Counted from the stretch's first letter, positions 35,534-44,986 are shown. The stretch: 58,818 bases of DNA from an uncultured Candidatus Bathyarchaeia archaeon (GCA_964347685.1 CAYGAH010000026.1:1-58818); one strand, 5' to 3'. Translations and numbers: made by a program. Notes: generated from the sequence alone by a model not told the origin.

Positions 35534-35970
35534 TCCTCCTCTTCCTCCAGATCCTCAATCTCGCCGCTCAGGGGGGCTGCCCCGGGGTTCAGGACCTGTA
35601 TACCCCTGCTGTTGGCCTCCTCCACTATGAGGGCTTTCTTCCTGCCCCCGATGGAGCCGCCTATCCTGGCGACCTGGGTCTCAGGATCGATTATGGTGAG
35701 GTCTCCGACGTTGAAGACCATTACCTCCTCCTTCCCAGAGGGATGGAGGCCCCTGACAGCCTTGGGGCCGCCGTAGCCTACCTTGACCTTCTTAGGCCAG
35801 CCCCCCCACTCCTGCCTCACCTTGTTGTCTATTCCCCTTGGCCTCCTCCAGCTGGGCTTTATCCGGTCCAGGCGCCAAGACTCGTACTGGACGAACTTCG
35901 GCCTCTTCTGGCCTATCTTCTTCCTTACCTTGAGCAGCCTGCGCTTCTCCCTCTCCTCCATCCCCCTCAC
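35530..35970 (-). CDS. rpl32e: 50S ribosomal protein eL32
   Basis: 146 aa with PKFVQYESWRLDRIKPSWRRPRGIDNKVR. Confidence 0.93.
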   Translation of the reverse strand: MRGMEEREKRRLLKVRKKIGQKRPKFVQYESWRLDRIKPSWRRPRGIDNKVRQEWGGWPKKVKVGYGGPKAVRGLHPSGKEEVMVFNVGDLTIIDPETQVARIGGSIGGRKKALIVEEANSRGIQVLNPGAAPLSGEIEDLEEEEE

Positions 35971-36500
35971 TCCTTGCTGTAGACGTATATGCCGTCGAGG
36001 AACTTCCTCAGGTCCTTGTTCCTTATCTTGCAGGCCTGCTGGATGTTGGCGGCCGTCTGGGCCACCTCCTCTATGTCTAATCCCTCGATGATTACGTCGT
36101 CTCCTTTGACCGTTACCCTGGCGCCGCGCACGATGTCCGCCTCTCGGGGCTTCCTCTCCCCGACGAAGTTCTGGATCTTCACCTTCCTCCCCTCGACCCT
36201 GACGGTCAGGGGGAAGTGGATGAAGACGACCTTCATCCTGTAGGTGAAGCCCTCCATGACCCCCTTGATCATGTTCCTGACGTGCGTGGCGACGGTGTTG
36301 ACGAGGGCGGCCCTCCTCTTCTTTGGGTTTACTGCCCAGATCCTCAGGGCTTTTCCGTCGAGATCCATGTCCAGTCTTGTGTGGCCGAAGTCCCTCGAAA
36401 CCCGTCCCTTCTCGCCGTTAACTGTGACCCTCCTATCCTCTAGGCTGAGGGTGACCTCGTCGGGTATCTCGACCGTGTTCTCCACTATCTCGACAGCCAC
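35967..36500 (-). CDS. rpl6: 50S ribosomal protein uL6
   Basis: 177 aa with two-domain L6 pattern, at the expected operon position. Confidence 0.93.
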   Translation of the reverse strand: MAVEIVENTVEIPDEVTLSLEDRRVTVNGEKGRVSRDFGHTRLDMDLDGKALRIWAVNPKKRRAALVNTVATHVRNMIKGVMEGFTYRMKVVFIHFPLTVRVEGRKVKIQNFVGERKPREADIVRGARVTVKGDDVIIEGLDIEEVAQTAANIQQACKIRNKDLRKFLDGIYVYSKE

Positions 36501-36510
36501 ATCACATCAC

Positions 36511-36897
36511 CTAGTATATGTATGCCAGGATCGCTCCCCCGACGTTCTGCTCCTTCGCCGTCGTGTGCTCCATGACGCCCTTGGGGGTGGACAGTATCAC
36601 CATTCCCAGGTCTCGGCTGGGGAGGAACCTCTTCTCGTACCTCTCCATCTCCTTGACATTGGCGTAGAACCTGGGCCTCACGGCCCGGCAGTCGTTTATG
36701 CGCCCGAAGAGCTGGACACGGAACTTCCCCTGGCGCCCATCGTCTATGAACTCTATCTCCCCTATGTACCCCTTGGACTGGATGAGGCGGAGGACCCTAC
36801 CGACTAGGCTCGAGGCCGGGGCTATGATGCACTCCTTCTTCCTCCTATGCTCGTGGATCATTATCGTGTTGAGGGCGTTGGTCAACGGGTCCATCAT
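36511..36897 (-). CDS. rps8: 30S ribosomal protein uS8
   Basis: 128 aa from MMDPLTNALNTIMIHE. The track ORF extends 51 nt further upstream into uS14. Confidence 0.93.
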   Translation of the reverse strand: MMDPLTNALNTIMIHEHRRKKECIIAPASSLVGRVLRLIQSKGYIGEIEFIDDGRQGKFRVQLFGRINDCRAVRPRFYANVKEMERYEKRFLPSRDLGMVILSTPKGVMEHTTAKEQNVGGAILAYIY

Positions 36898-36899
36898 CT

Positions 36900-37055
36900 T
36901 CACCTGTACTTCTTGAACCCCAGCTCCTTGGCTATCTCCCTGAAGCACTGCCTGCAGAGGTTGAGGCCGTACCGCCTGATGAGGCCGTCGTATGTGCCGC
37001 AGCGTATGCAGTGCCTGCTGCCCTTGCCGTAGCTCCGCTCCTTCCTCTCAGTCAC
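36900..37055 (-). CDS. rps14: 30S ribosomal protein uS14 (zinc-binding type Z), 51 aa. Absent from the ORF track.
   Basis: Hand translation from the GTG at 37055: (M)[50 protein letters not shown], with CxxC...CxxC. It fills the canonical uL5-uS14-uS8 slot and overlaps the uL5 stop by 8 nt. Confidence 0.88.
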   Translation of the reverse strand: MTERKERSYGKGSRHCIRCGTYDGLIRRYGLNLCRQCFREIAKELGFKKYR

Positions 37056-37599
37056 TCGGGGTTCCCACCTCAACACCGAAACTGCCCCTAATAAATTCGA
37101 CCGACTCCTCCCTGGTCACTCTGTGGCTGTGGCCCACCTTCGCCCTCCCTCGCTTTCGCCTGGCCACCCTGTAACCTGGCCTCTCCACGGTGGCCATGAC
37201 GTCCATCCCGACTATGCCCAGGTTAGGGTCGTAGCGGGTGCCCGGGATGTCTATGTGCTCCCGGATTCCGAAGGCGAAGTTACCCTGCTCATCGAAGCTC
37301 CTTGGGTTTATCCTGTTGCCCACCGCCGAGAAGGCCTTCCTGAGGAACTCCTCTGCCCTCTCGCCGCGCAGAGTCACCATGCAGGCTATGGGCTCCCTCC
37401 TCCTGATCCCGAAGGTCCTTATGGTCTGCTTTGCCCTCCTCTGGCAGGGCCTCTGGCCAGTCAGCTTCTCCAGGAGTGTCATGGCGTTGTCCAGGGGTTC
37501 ACCGGAGGTGCCGACGGAGATGTTGACCACTACCTTACCTATCTTCAACTCCCGCATCGGGTTGCCTTCTCTTCCCGCCTCAGCCATATCAATGACCAC
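37048..37599 (-). CDS. rpl5: 50S ribosomal protein uL5
   Basis: 183 aa with [18 protein letters not shown]. Confidence 0.95.
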   Translation of the reverse strand: MVIDMAEAGREGNPMRELKIGKVVVNISVGTSGEPLDNAMTLLEKLTGQRPCQRRAKQTIRTFGIRRREPIACMVTLRGERAEEFLRKAFSAVGNRINPRSFDEQGNFAFGIREHIDIPGTRYDPNLGIVGMDVMATVERPGYRVARRKRGRAKVGHSHRVTREESVEFIRGSFGVEVGTPSD

Positions 37600-38323
37600 C
37601 CGGCAGCGAGATTACTGGCTCTTCCTCCCCCACGGCGAAGAGGTAGCCCGCCAGTGTCCTGATGTCCTCCCCCTCGGGCGTCCTTATCGTCGCGGTCTTC
37701 TTCCAGCCCGGCTCTGGGCCGAACCCTATTACCCTTCCAGACTCCCCCTGGGACCTCCCCCCCGTGACGATGACCCTGACACCCTCCTCGAAGCTGATGT
37801 GGCCCACGATCTCCTGTTCAGGTACCTTGACCTGGACGACGTCGTTGACCCTGTAGCGGTCCTCTTCCGCCGGGATGACTACGCTCCTACCGTCGTGCAG
37901 GTTCAGCTGGGTCCTCCCCCCCTTGAGGGTCGACTTGCCCATTATCCTGCAGAGCTTGAACCCCGTCTCTCCCCCCTCTATGGGGTGGAGCTTGAGACTC
38001 CCTCTCCTCTCGGGGAGCACCCTGTATGAGGCGCCCGCGTCTGGGACGCTCAGCACGTCCATAAGGCCCACAGGGTACCTTTCGTCGATCCTGGGCTTAC
38101 CATCAACGACGAGCCTGCCCTCCTTTATGAGGGCCTTTGCCTCCTTGCCCGTCTCTGCATATTTCAGGACGTCCCTGACCACTACCTTTAGGGGCATTGA
38201 CTCCCTTAACAGGTGTGGGCCGGGCTTGCTCTTCACGGCCCATACCTTGGTCTTCTTAGGGATGGGCCAGAAGTCGGGGGCCGGGTGACGCTTTAGATGC
38301 TTAGATGGGCCCTTCTTCCCCAT
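37589..38323 (-). CDS. rps4e: 30S ribosomal protein eS4
   Basis: 244 aa with MGKKGPSKHLKRHPAPDFWPI. Confidence 0.95.
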   Translation of the reverse strand: MGKKGPSKHLKRHPAPDFWPIPKKTKVWAVKSKPGPHLLRESMPLKVVVRDVLKYAETGKEAKALIKEGRLVVDGKPRIDERYPVGLMDVLSVPDAGASYRVLPERRGSLKLHPIEGGETGFKLCRIMGKSTLKGGRTQLNLHDGRSVVIPAEEDRYRVNDVVQVKVPEQEIVGHISFEEGVRVIVTGGRSQGESGRVIGFGPEPGWKKTATIRTPEGEDIRTLAGYLFAVGEEEPVISLPGGH

Positions 38324-38325
38324 CC

Positions 38326-38712
38326 CTAGCCCTCCTCCTTCTTGGACCCGAAGCCCCGCCTCTCTAGGATCTTCCTCCTCAACCTGTCGTCGAGGTTGAG
38401 CTTGGTGATCATGACGTTCTCGGCCCTGATGGGTATGTGGACCGTCGAGCCGTCCATCCTCGTCCGGGTTATACCCTCGATCGAGAGCCTCCCCTTTGAG
38501 GTGTCGACTCTGATTACCTTACCCTCGGAGAGCTCCCTGTCTCCCTTGGTGATAGTGACCGTGTCGTCACGCACCACGGGCATGGACCTGGCCCCGTACT
38601 GGGCCCTGAGGCTCGGAGAGAGGGACGCCGATAGGAACTTCCTCCTGACGTGGTGGGGGGCGTTGAATCTCCTCTTCCTCGCCTTGCCCGGCTTTTTGAC
38701 TCCCCCCTTCAT
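38326..38712 (-). CDS. rpl24: 50S ribosomal protein uL24
   Basis: 128 aa with a KOW motif region (VVRDDTVTITKGDRELSEGKVIRV). Confidence 0.93.
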   Translation of the reverse strand: MKGGVKKPGKARKRRFNAPHHVRRKFLSASLSPSLRAQYGARSMPVVRDDTVTITKGDRELSEGKVIRVDTSKGRLSIEGITRTRMDGSTVHIPIRAENVMITKLNLDDRLRRKILERRGFGSKKEEG

Positions 38713-39132
38713 CTAGACCACCATCTTGGCCAGGTTCCCCAGCCTCGGCCACCTCTCTGCGGCCTCCCGGGCCACGGGCCCCTTTATGTCGGAGCCCCTG
38801 GGGTCCCCTTCCGGTGTGAGTATTATCGCAGCGTTGTCCTCGAACTGGACCCACGTGCCGTCCTTCCTGGGGTAGGGCTTTTTCTGCCTTATTATGACGG
38901 CGTTGAAGAGCTGCCTCCTCATCTCGGGGGTCCCCTCCCGGCAAGACACGATGATCAGGTCTCCCACGCCCGCCGAAGGGAGCCTCCTTCGCCGCCCCTT
39001 GTAGCCCACCATCTGGATGAGCCTAAGGACCCGAGCGCCAGTGTTGTCGGCGCAGGCTATCATAGAGCCGGATGTGAGGCCACCGCTTATCCCCCGCCTC
39101 GGCGTTATCCGCCTCTTGATACGCTTCGACAT
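38713..39132 (-). CDS. rpl14: 50S ribosomal protein uL14
   Basis: 139 aa with [23 protein letters not shown]. Confidence 0.95.
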   Translation of the reverse strand: MSKRIKRRITPRRGISGGLTSGSMIACADNTGARVLRLIQMVGYKGRRRRLPSAGVGDLIIVSCREGTPEMRRQLFNAVIIRQKKPYPRKDGTWVQFEDNAAIILTPEGDPRGSDIKGPVAREAAERWPRLGNLAKMVV

Positions 39133-39133
39133 C

Positions 39134-39451
39134 CTACACTTCCCCCTCCAGCTTCTCCACGACGCAGAAGGACTTGGTCTTGCTCAGGGGCCTGCACTCC
39201 GCGATCCTGACCCTGTCTCCCCTGTGGGCGCCGATGCATGGCGGGTTGTGGGCGGTTATCCTGCTGCTCATCCTGGCGTACCTCTCGTACTTCGGGTAGT
39301 ACTTGGTGTAGTCTATCGTGATCACGACGGACTTCTCCATCCTGTCGCTCACGACCGTGCCCTCGAGCAGCCTCCCCCTGACGCTCAGGGAGCCGTGGAA
39401 GGGGCAGTTGGGGTCGTCGCACCCCTCCCTCGGCCTCTTCAAACTCATCAA
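39134..39451 (-). CDS. rps17: 30S ribosomal protein uS17
   Basis: 105 aa with [28 protein letters not shown]. Confidence 0.95.
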   Translation of the reverse strand: MMSLKRPREGCDDPNCPFHGSLSVRGRLLEGTVVSDRMEKSVVITIDYTKYYPKYERYARMSSRITAHNPPCIGAHRGDRVRIAECRPLSKTKSFCVVEKLEGEV

Positions 39452-39462
39452 TCTCGATCGCC

Positions 39463-39750
39463 CTACCAGAACCTCTTGTTCCTCTTTTTCACCCTGTCCT
39501 CCGGCCTTCCCAAAAGGGTCGATCCATCTACCTCAACCATGGAGCCGTCTGGCAGCTTGAACCTGAAGACGGCGTCCTGCTTGGCGACCCTCTTTACTTT
39601 CCCCTTCTGCCGTACGACGAGCATGTTCTTGGTCTCGTCGATCACCTCTCCGCTTATGGACGTGTTGCATGGGTTGCTGTCCTCGGAGACCTCGACCTTG
39701 AGGCCTATGAGCTCGTGGCTCTGTATCTCCCCCGCCTTGATGGTGCTCAT
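39463..39750 (-). CDS. rnp1: RNase P protein component 1 (Rpp29/Pop4)
   Basis: 95 aa with ELIGLKVEVSEDSNPCNTSISGEVIDETKNMLVV. Canonical position between uL29 and uS17. Confidence 0.88.
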   Translation of the reverse strand: MSTIKAGEIQSHELIGLKVEVSEDSNPCNTSISGEVIDETKNMLVVRQKGKVKRVAKQDAVFRFKLPDGSMVEVDGSTLLGRPEDRVKKRNKRFW

Positions 39751-39950
39751 ATCCCCAGCTCCTCCCTGTTCACGGTCTCTATCCTCGCTATGGTCTTCTT
39801 GAGGGCCCTTACCCTTCCCGGGTTCTCTACCGAGCCGCCTGCCCGGATCATGGTCAGGACCTTCGAGAGCTCGGTCTTCATCTCCTCGAGCCTCCTGTTG
39901 CGATCATCCACAGACATCTCCCTTATCTCCTTCATCCTGAGGATGGGCAA
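39747..39950 (-). CDS. rpl29: 50S ribosomal protein uL29
   Basis: 67 aa with LRMKEIREMSVDDRNRRLEEMKTEL. Confidence 0.93.
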   Translation of the reverse strand: MPILRMKEIREMSVDDRNRRLEEMKTELSKVLTMIRAGGSVENPGRVRALKKTIARIETVNREELGI

Positions 39951-39953
39951 AGT

Positions 39954-40880
39954 TCATTCCTCCTCTTCCTGCTCGGGCCCATCGCTGGAACCTTCTGCTT
40001 CCTCAGCCTCTTCCTGCTTTCTGGGCTTGGCCTTTCCCCCTTTTTCCACTTCAGGTGTCCCAGCTTCAACCCTCGTTTCGGAGACTCCTTCTTCTTTGGG
40101 TTCCTCCTCGTCTGCTTTCTCAACAAACTCCTCAGTCTCGGCCCCCTCGACTTTTTCCTCAGAGGGTTCTTCGGTCTCGACACCGGGTTTCTCTTCTGGC
40201 TGCTCCGGAGCCTCGATCTCTTCCTCGGGCTCGGGCTCGACGCCCTCGGGTAGCGGGTACTCCTCCTCTGGGTACTCTATCTCTGGCAGCCCTTCGAGGT
40301 CAATCTTGTCGGGGAACTTGGCGTCCGGGGGCACTATGTTCACGGTGACCCCAAGGATCCCCCTCTTCATCTTCACGTGGATGGTGGCGGTCCTCAGGTA
40401 CATGAGGGAAGGTTCGCCCGACTTGGGGATGTATCCCTCGCTCACCCTCTCGAACCTGCTCCTCGCGCTCCTAAGGGGCCCCCTGAGCACGACCTCGCAC
40501 CCTAGGGCGCCGGAGTCCATGATCCGCCTGAGGGACCAGAATATCGCCCTCCTGAAGTGGACCCCCCTCTCCAGGGCGTTGGCTATCCTAGACGCCATTA
40601 TCCTAGGGTTGAGCTCGGGCACCTCCACCTCAACGACGGTTATCTGGGGATTCGATATTCCCAGCTCATTCTCCAAACGCTCTGAGGCATCCTTTATAGC
40701 GCGCCCCCTCTTCCCTATCACCCTCCCGGGCCTCATGGTGTAGAGGTTTATCTGGGCCCCCATAGGAGTTTTGGTGAGGGTTATGCCGCCGTAGCCTGCC
40801 TCTTCGTACTCGTCGGCTAGGAGTTCGTCAACTTTCGTCCGCTCTATGGCGTCGTGGATAATACGTTTGACAACAGACAT
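39954..40880 (-). CDS. rps3: 30S ribosomal protein uS3 with a roughly 110-aa Glu/Pro-rich C-terminal extension
   Basis: 308 aa. KH-domain core (RPGRVIGKRGRAIKD) runs to about residue 196, followed by the low-complexity PEIEYPEEEYPLPEGVEPEPEEE...QEEEE. Confidence 0.93.
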   Translation of the reverse strand: MSVVKRIIHDAIERTKVDELLADEYEEAGYGGITLTKTPMGAQINLYTMRPGRVIGKRGRAIKDASERLENELGISNPQITVVEVEVPELNPRIMASRIANALERGVHFRRAIFWSLRRIMDSGALGCEVVLRGPLRSARSRFERVSEGYIPKSGEPSLMYLRTATIHVKMKRGILGVTVNIVPPDAKFPDKIDLEGLPEIEYPEEEYPLPEGVEPEPEEEIEAPEQPEEKPGVETEEPSEEKVEGAETEEFVEKADEEEPKEEGVSETRVEAGTPEVEKGGKAKPRKQEEAEEAEGSSDGPEQEEEE

Positions 40881-41341
40881 TAAACTTCCTCGACTGCGAC
40901 CTCTACATGGGTCAGGTGATTGAAGTAGGGAGAAGACCTGCCAAAAGCCCTGGGTATGTAATTGCGGATGACGCGGCCTCGGTGGGCCGCGATATGGATT
41001 ATCTTGAGGCGGTCTGCGTAGAGACCCTTAAACTCGGCGTTGGCCTCGACCGATTCGAGGACCTTGAGAATCTCCCTGGCAGCCTTCTGGGGGTAGCGGC
41101 CCGCGTCGTAGCCCTGCGCACCCCTCCTGTGGGGCAGCTTCTTCTTGTGCCTGCGATAGGGCACAGGGGTCTTAAGATCTATGACATCCTGGAGGACCTC
41201 CTTGGCCCTCTCCAGCTTCATGCCCTTTATGTAGTTGCATATCTCCCTCGCTGCCTTGGGCTTGATCCTCAGGTCCCTGCCGCTGGCTATCGCTGTCGTG
41301 TCTGGGTCAAGCCCTTGGATGGAGTACTTCCAGGATGGCAT
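40880..41341 (-). CDS. rpl22: 50S ribosomal protein uL22
   Basis: 153 aa with ASGRDLRIKPKAAREICNYIKGMKLERAKEVL. Confidence 0.95.
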   Translation of the reverse strand: MPSWKYSIQGLDPDTTAIASGRDLRIKPKAAREICNYIKGMKLERAKEVLQDVIDLKTPVPYRRHKKKLPHRRGAQGYDAGRYPQKAAREILKVLESVEANAEFKGLYADRLKIIHIAAHRGRVIRNYIPRAFGRSSPYFNHLTHVEVAVEEV

Positions 41342-41377
41342 ATACGCACCGTACGCCTACATGAAATCGACACTTCA

Positions 41378-41385
41378 TATAAAAA
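41378..41385 (-). promoter_or_regulatory. Candidate internal TATA box (minus strand TTTTTATA) upstream of rpl22
   Basis: Lies 37-44 nt upstream of the uL22 ATG, inside the AT-rich spacer. Confidence 0.3.
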
Positions 41386-41573
41386 CATTATTCCATATCT
41401 ATGAGACCCTAAAAACTACTCTTTTCGACTTGTTCATATGATTTAGAACCGTTAAAAGAGGCATAATTTTGCATTCGTTAATTGTTGTCTATCTAATGAT
41501 CTTCATTTCAAATAGTTTTTTCATGAACATAAACAATGTTTGTTATTATATTTTTACCTCTATGGAGAATTTG

Positions 41574-41578
41574 AAAAA
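41574..41578 (-). terminator. Oligo-T tract (minus strand CCTTTTTC) downstream of rps19
   Basis: T5 run about 22 nt after the uS19 stop. Oligo-T is the known archaeal termination signal. Confidence 0.3.
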
Positions 41579-41599
41579 GGAGTTCGAAGGATTTGCCGT

Positions 41600-41986
41600 C
41601 TACTTCAGCGGGATGTACATCGAGCTCCTTGAAGCTCCTATTCCTGGTTTGCCGTGGCGCACGGGCCTGTTGGTGATGGCGTACTCCCCCAGGTAGTGGC
41701 CCACCATCTTCTCGTTGATCTTCACGTCAACGAACTCCCTCCCGTTGAAGACCTGGATCGTCTTCCCCATCATCTCAGGGAGGATCACCATGTCCCTGGC
41801 GTGGGTCTTGATGGGCTTCCCGTCGTCCTGGGCCCTAAGCTTCTCCAGGACTATCCTCTGCTCGTTGGAGAGACCCCTCCTTAGGCTCCTGCGCATCCTC
41901 GCGGGAAGGAGCCTTATGAACTCGTCCATCGACAAGGACTTGAGCTCCTCGACGCTGTGGCCCCTGTACCTGAACTCCTTGGGCAT
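41600..41986 (-). CDS. rps19: 30S ribosomal protein uS19
   Basis: 128 aa with GKTIQVFNGREFVDVKINEKMVGHYLGEYAITNRPVRHGKPG. Confidence 0.95.
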   Translation of the reverse strand: MPKEFRYRGHSVEELKSLSMDEFIRLLPARMRRSLRRGLSNEQRIVLEKLRAQDDGKPIKTHARDMVILPEMMGKTIQVFNGREFVDVKINEKMVGHYLGEYAITNRPVRHGKPGIGASRSSMYIPLK

Positions 41987-42022
41987 CTTCGCTCAACTCC
42001 ACGCATCCGGCCTATATAAGCC

Positions 42023-42757
42023 CTAGGCCTTGGCCCTCCTGACCCTCTTCTTCTTGCCAGAGCCCCTAGCCGCTATGAGGCCGACCTTTGCTCCGGGCGG
42101 CGAGTGCCTAGAGACAGTGGTTGAGTGCCCAGGGCGCCTGTGGCGCCCCCCTCCGTGGGGGTGGGATGCGGCCGTCATTTTCACCCCGTGGGCCACGGGG
42201 TACACTTGCCCCTTTGCCTTTGCAGCGTAGTGGGCCTCTCCAGCCTTCATGAAGGGCTTCTCTGGCCTTCCCCCTCCCGAGACTATCCCTATCGTCGCGC
42301 GGGCGTCATCAGAGAGACGTACCGTTCTCTTTGATGGGAGTTTGAGCGCCGTTCTGCCGCCTATGTGGGCGACGACGGTGGCGAAGCCCCCCGAGCTCCT
42401 GGCGAACTTCCCTCCGTCCCCGGGCCTCTTCTCTATGTTGCAGACCATGGTCCCCTCGGGGATCATGCCCAGGGGAAGGACGTTGCCCACCCTGAGGCTC
42501 GCACCGGCCCCCAGCTGTATGGTCTGGTCTATGTGGACGCCCTCAGGGGCGGCTGTGTGGTATCCCTCACCCTCCTCAAGCTCCACGTAGGCCAGAGGCG
42601 CGCCCCTTCCGGGCTCGTGATGTAGCTCCTTGATCACTCCCTCCATGAGATCGTCGCTGAGGGGGGGGTACCTTATCGGGGCTATCCTGCCTTTCTTGGC
42701 CGCCCTGAAGGTAGATGTGCCCCTTCCGCGACGCTGAACCTTGAGCTTCTTACCCAT
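42023..42757 (-). CDS. rpl2: 50S ribosomal protein uL2
   Basis: 244 aa with GNVLPLGMIPEGTMVCNIE ... MTAASHPHGGG. Confidence 0.95.
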   Translation of the reverse strand: MGKKLKVQRRGRGTSTFRAAKKGRIAPIRYPPLSDDLMEGVIKELHHEPGRGAPLAYVELEEGEGYHTAAPEGVHIDQTIQLGAGASLRVGNVLPLGMIPEGTMVCNIEKRPGDGGKFARSSGGFATVVAHIGGRTALKLPSKRTVRLSDDARATIGIVSGGGRPEKPFMKAGEAHYAAKAKGQVYPVAHGVKMTAASHPHGGGRHRRPGHSTTVSRHSPPGAKVGLIAARGSGKKKRVRRAKA

Positions 42758-42766
42758 ATCTCATCC

Positions 42767-43027
42767 CTACAGTATTCCCAGGCGTATTGCGATGTCTGAG
42801 GCGTCGAACCCCTCCTTCAGCTTGACGAAGGCCTTCTTCAGGCCTCCCCGAGTGATAAGGGTCCTAACGCTCTCCGCCTCCACCTCGTACAGTTCGCTTA
42901 CCGCCCAGGCTATCTGGCTCTTATTCGCCCTCCTGTCGACGATGAAGACGAGCTTGTTCTCGTTCTCGATCATGTTGACCGAGCGCTCCGTCATCAGGGG
43001 GTACAGGATTACCTCGTGGGGGTTCAC
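42767..43027 (-). CDS. rpl23: 50S ribosomal protein uL23
   Basis: 86 aa with ILYPLMTERSVNMIENENKLVFIVD. Confidence 0.93.
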   Translation of the reverse strand: MNPHEVILYPLMTERSVNMIENENKLVFIVDRRANKSQIAWAVSELYEVEAESVRTLITRGGLKKAFVKLKEGFDASDIAIRLGIL

Positions 43028-43797
43028 CGGCCCTCCCCTCCCCAGACCTCATCGAGGGACGTGAAGGCGGACCTCGACCAGACGACGAGCCTCCCCGCGT
43101 GGGCTCCCGGGGCGAGGAGCTCGGCGTTCAGGTCCGTGACGTTCACGACCTCCACCCCTGGAAGGTTCCTAGCAGCCATACCGATGCCCAGATCCTCTGA
43201 TACGACGATTAGGGGCCCCTTCCCCACCTTCCTCTTCCTCCCCCTCGTCTTCCCCCTTCCGGCCCTGATCTTCTTCCTGTCGGCCCTCTCTACGTCCGCC
43301 CAGACCCCGAGGTTCATGAAGAGTCCCCTGACCTCGCCGGTCTTCTGAAGGCCCTGGACGTCGTCCACGACCACTATGGGGAGCTGCGTCACCGCCGAGA
43401 TGTCGTGGCCCCGTCCGGCGACGATGTTCCTGTCGGCCGTTGCTGCGATGCCCGACTTTATGGCGAGGCACCTCTCCTTCTTGTTGATCTCCTTCCTGAT
43501 GTTCTTCTCTGAGGTGGGCGGGAAGGCCTGATGGCCGCCGACTGTGCTCACGCCGAAGGCCGCCCTGTTGCCTCCCTTGATCCTCGGGACCCTCGCGATT
43601 CCCAGCCCCACACCCCTCGACTCAGCGGTTGTCCTCTTCCCGGCAAAGGGGTCCCTTCCCTGGGGCTGGAAGCCGTGGCTCTGCTGAGCTATCACGGCCC
43701 TCTTGATAACATCGGGCCTGTAGGTAGCCTCGAAGACCTTGGGGAGCTCCACCTCGCCGACCTTCTCGTTCTCTTGGTTCAGGACGGCGACCTTCAC
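43024..43797 (-). CDS. rpl4: 50S ribosomal protein uL4
   Basis: 257 aa at the conserved position, with GRGHDISAVTQLPIVVVDD. Confidence 0.93.
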   Translation of the reverse strand: MKVAVLNQENEKVGEVELPKVFEATYRPDVIKRAVIAQQSHGFQPQGRDPFAGKRTTAESRGVGLGIARVPRIKGGNRAAFGVSTVGGHQAFPPTSEKNIRKEINKKERCLAIKSGIAATADRNIVAGRGHDISAVTQLPIVVVDDVQGLQKTGEVRGLFMNLGVWADVERADRKKIRAGRGKTRGRKRKVGKGPLIVVSEDLGIGMAARNLPGVEVVNVTDLNAELLAPGAHAGRLVVWSRSAFTSLDEVWGGEGR

Positions 43798-43800
43798 CTA

Positions 43801-44805
43801 TCATCCCCCTCCCCGCTGGAAATCGGTGTTTAGGTAGGTTATCTGGGGCGCCTCCTCGGGGTGTTTAGGACGCCTCACGGACTTCCTGAGCTTTATGAGC
43901 CTCTTGGGAGGCCCCACGACGCTCCCCTTGAGGAGGAGGTACTCCCCCCTGATCGGGCCGTAGTTCTGGAAGCCTCCCTCGGGGTTGATCCTCTCCCCCT
44001 CAGAGCCCATCAACATGATCCTCTTGTTGTAATCTGTCCTGTGGTGGAAGCCCATCTGACCCGCCCTAGGGACCTGGGGCATGACCCTTCTGGGGACCCA
44101 AGGACCTATGGACGCGACTCCCCTCTTGGTCTTCCTCGACTTGTGCTGCCTGATTCGGATGCCCCACCGCTTAACGGGGCCCTGGAAGCCCTTGGCCTTC
44201 GTGACCCCGATGACGTCGATGGCCTCACCCTGCTCGAATATGTCTGAGGCGCTTACGTCCCTCCCCAAGAGCCCCTTAGCGTACTTGAACCTCTCCTCCA
44301 TTGAGCCCCCTCCTATGGCTATCTCCATCAGGTCTGGGACCTTCTTGTGCACCCCTGCCATTCGGGGCTGTGTGGCCGCGATTATCCTTATCTCGTCTAC
44401 CTCGTCCAGCATTGAGGAGACATTCTCCAGAATCCTGTCTGGGTTGTACCCCACCAAGGTCTTGTTCTTCCTTATGAGGTCGGCCGGCGGGTTGGCCATC
44501 CATGCCTCCGTCACCGCCTTGAGGCCCTCCTGGGTCTTCTTGTATGCCCTTATACCGCACACGAGCATGGGGGGCGTGTCCAAGATCGTCGCCGCGCTCT
44601 TCACCTCTTGGCCGTACTCGGGTGCCCTCTCCCTGTCCTCTATGTAGAACAGGTGGGTCATCCCGGCCTTGTAGCCGGCGAAGCCCAGGAGCTGGGGTCC
44701 TTCTTCCACCTCGGGCCAGTAGTCTATCCTACCGGCTATGCTCTTCGCCCTCTTCCTGGGCGAGAAGGACATCGAGCCTCTCTTGGGCGATCTGACCCTG
44801 GGCAT
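43801..44805 (-). CDS. rpl3: 50S ribosomal protein uL3
   Basis: 334 aa from MPRVRSPKRGSMSFSPRKRA. The track ORF extends 87 nt upstream with an implausible N-terminus. Contains FQGPVKRWG. Confidence 0.93.
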   Translation of the reverse strand: MPRVRSPKRGSMSFSPRKRAKSIAGRIDYWPEVEEGPQLLGFAGYKAGMTHLFYIEDRERAPEYGQEVKSAATILDTPPMLVCGIRAYKKTQEGLKAVTEAWMANPPADLIRKNKTLVGYNPDRILENVSSMLDEVDEIRIIAATQPRMAGVHKKVPDLMEIAIGGGSMEERFKYAKGLLGRDVSASDIFEQGEAIDVIGVTKAKGFQGPVKRWGIRIRQHKSRKTKRGVASIGPWVPRRVMPQVPRAGQMGFHHRTDYNKRIMLMGSEGERINPEGGFQNYGPIRGEYLLLKGSVVGPPKRLIKLRKSVRRPKHPEEAPQITYLNTDFQRGGG

Positions 44806-44986
44806 CCACGCACGCGCCTCAGTTTCGACTAGCTGTATTGAATCAACGAGTCTGAAATTTAAATGATTCGAATAAGTAGGAAATATATGCATTATTTCTA
44901 TAGACCCTAACGATTAGGGGATTCCACATGTTAGCGGCGAGTATCCATATATCATTTAGGAAGGAAATCTGATAAAACGAGCAGCA

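Noticed and set aside
39715-40743. A 342-aa Ser/Leu/Pro-rich plus-strand ORF. Similar long antisense ORFs include 35030-35776, 37238-38029, 27132-27869, 12889-13611, 48485-49546 and 33743-34579.
   Set aside because: All lie antisense to, or out of frame with, strongly recognisable conserved genes (uS3, eL19/eL32, eS4/uL5, TopA, IlvD, AIR-synthase-like). Their low-complexity Arg/Pro/Ser/Gly-rich translations are typical of shadow ORFs in G+C-rich DNA.
41469-41696. Track ORF of 75 aa on the plus strand, starting in the AT-rich S19-L22 spacer.
   Set aside because: Its second half is antisense to the uS19 coding sequence. Its first half is a hydrophobic translation of AT-rich DNA (Ile/Phe/Asn-rich). 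I found no supporting signals.
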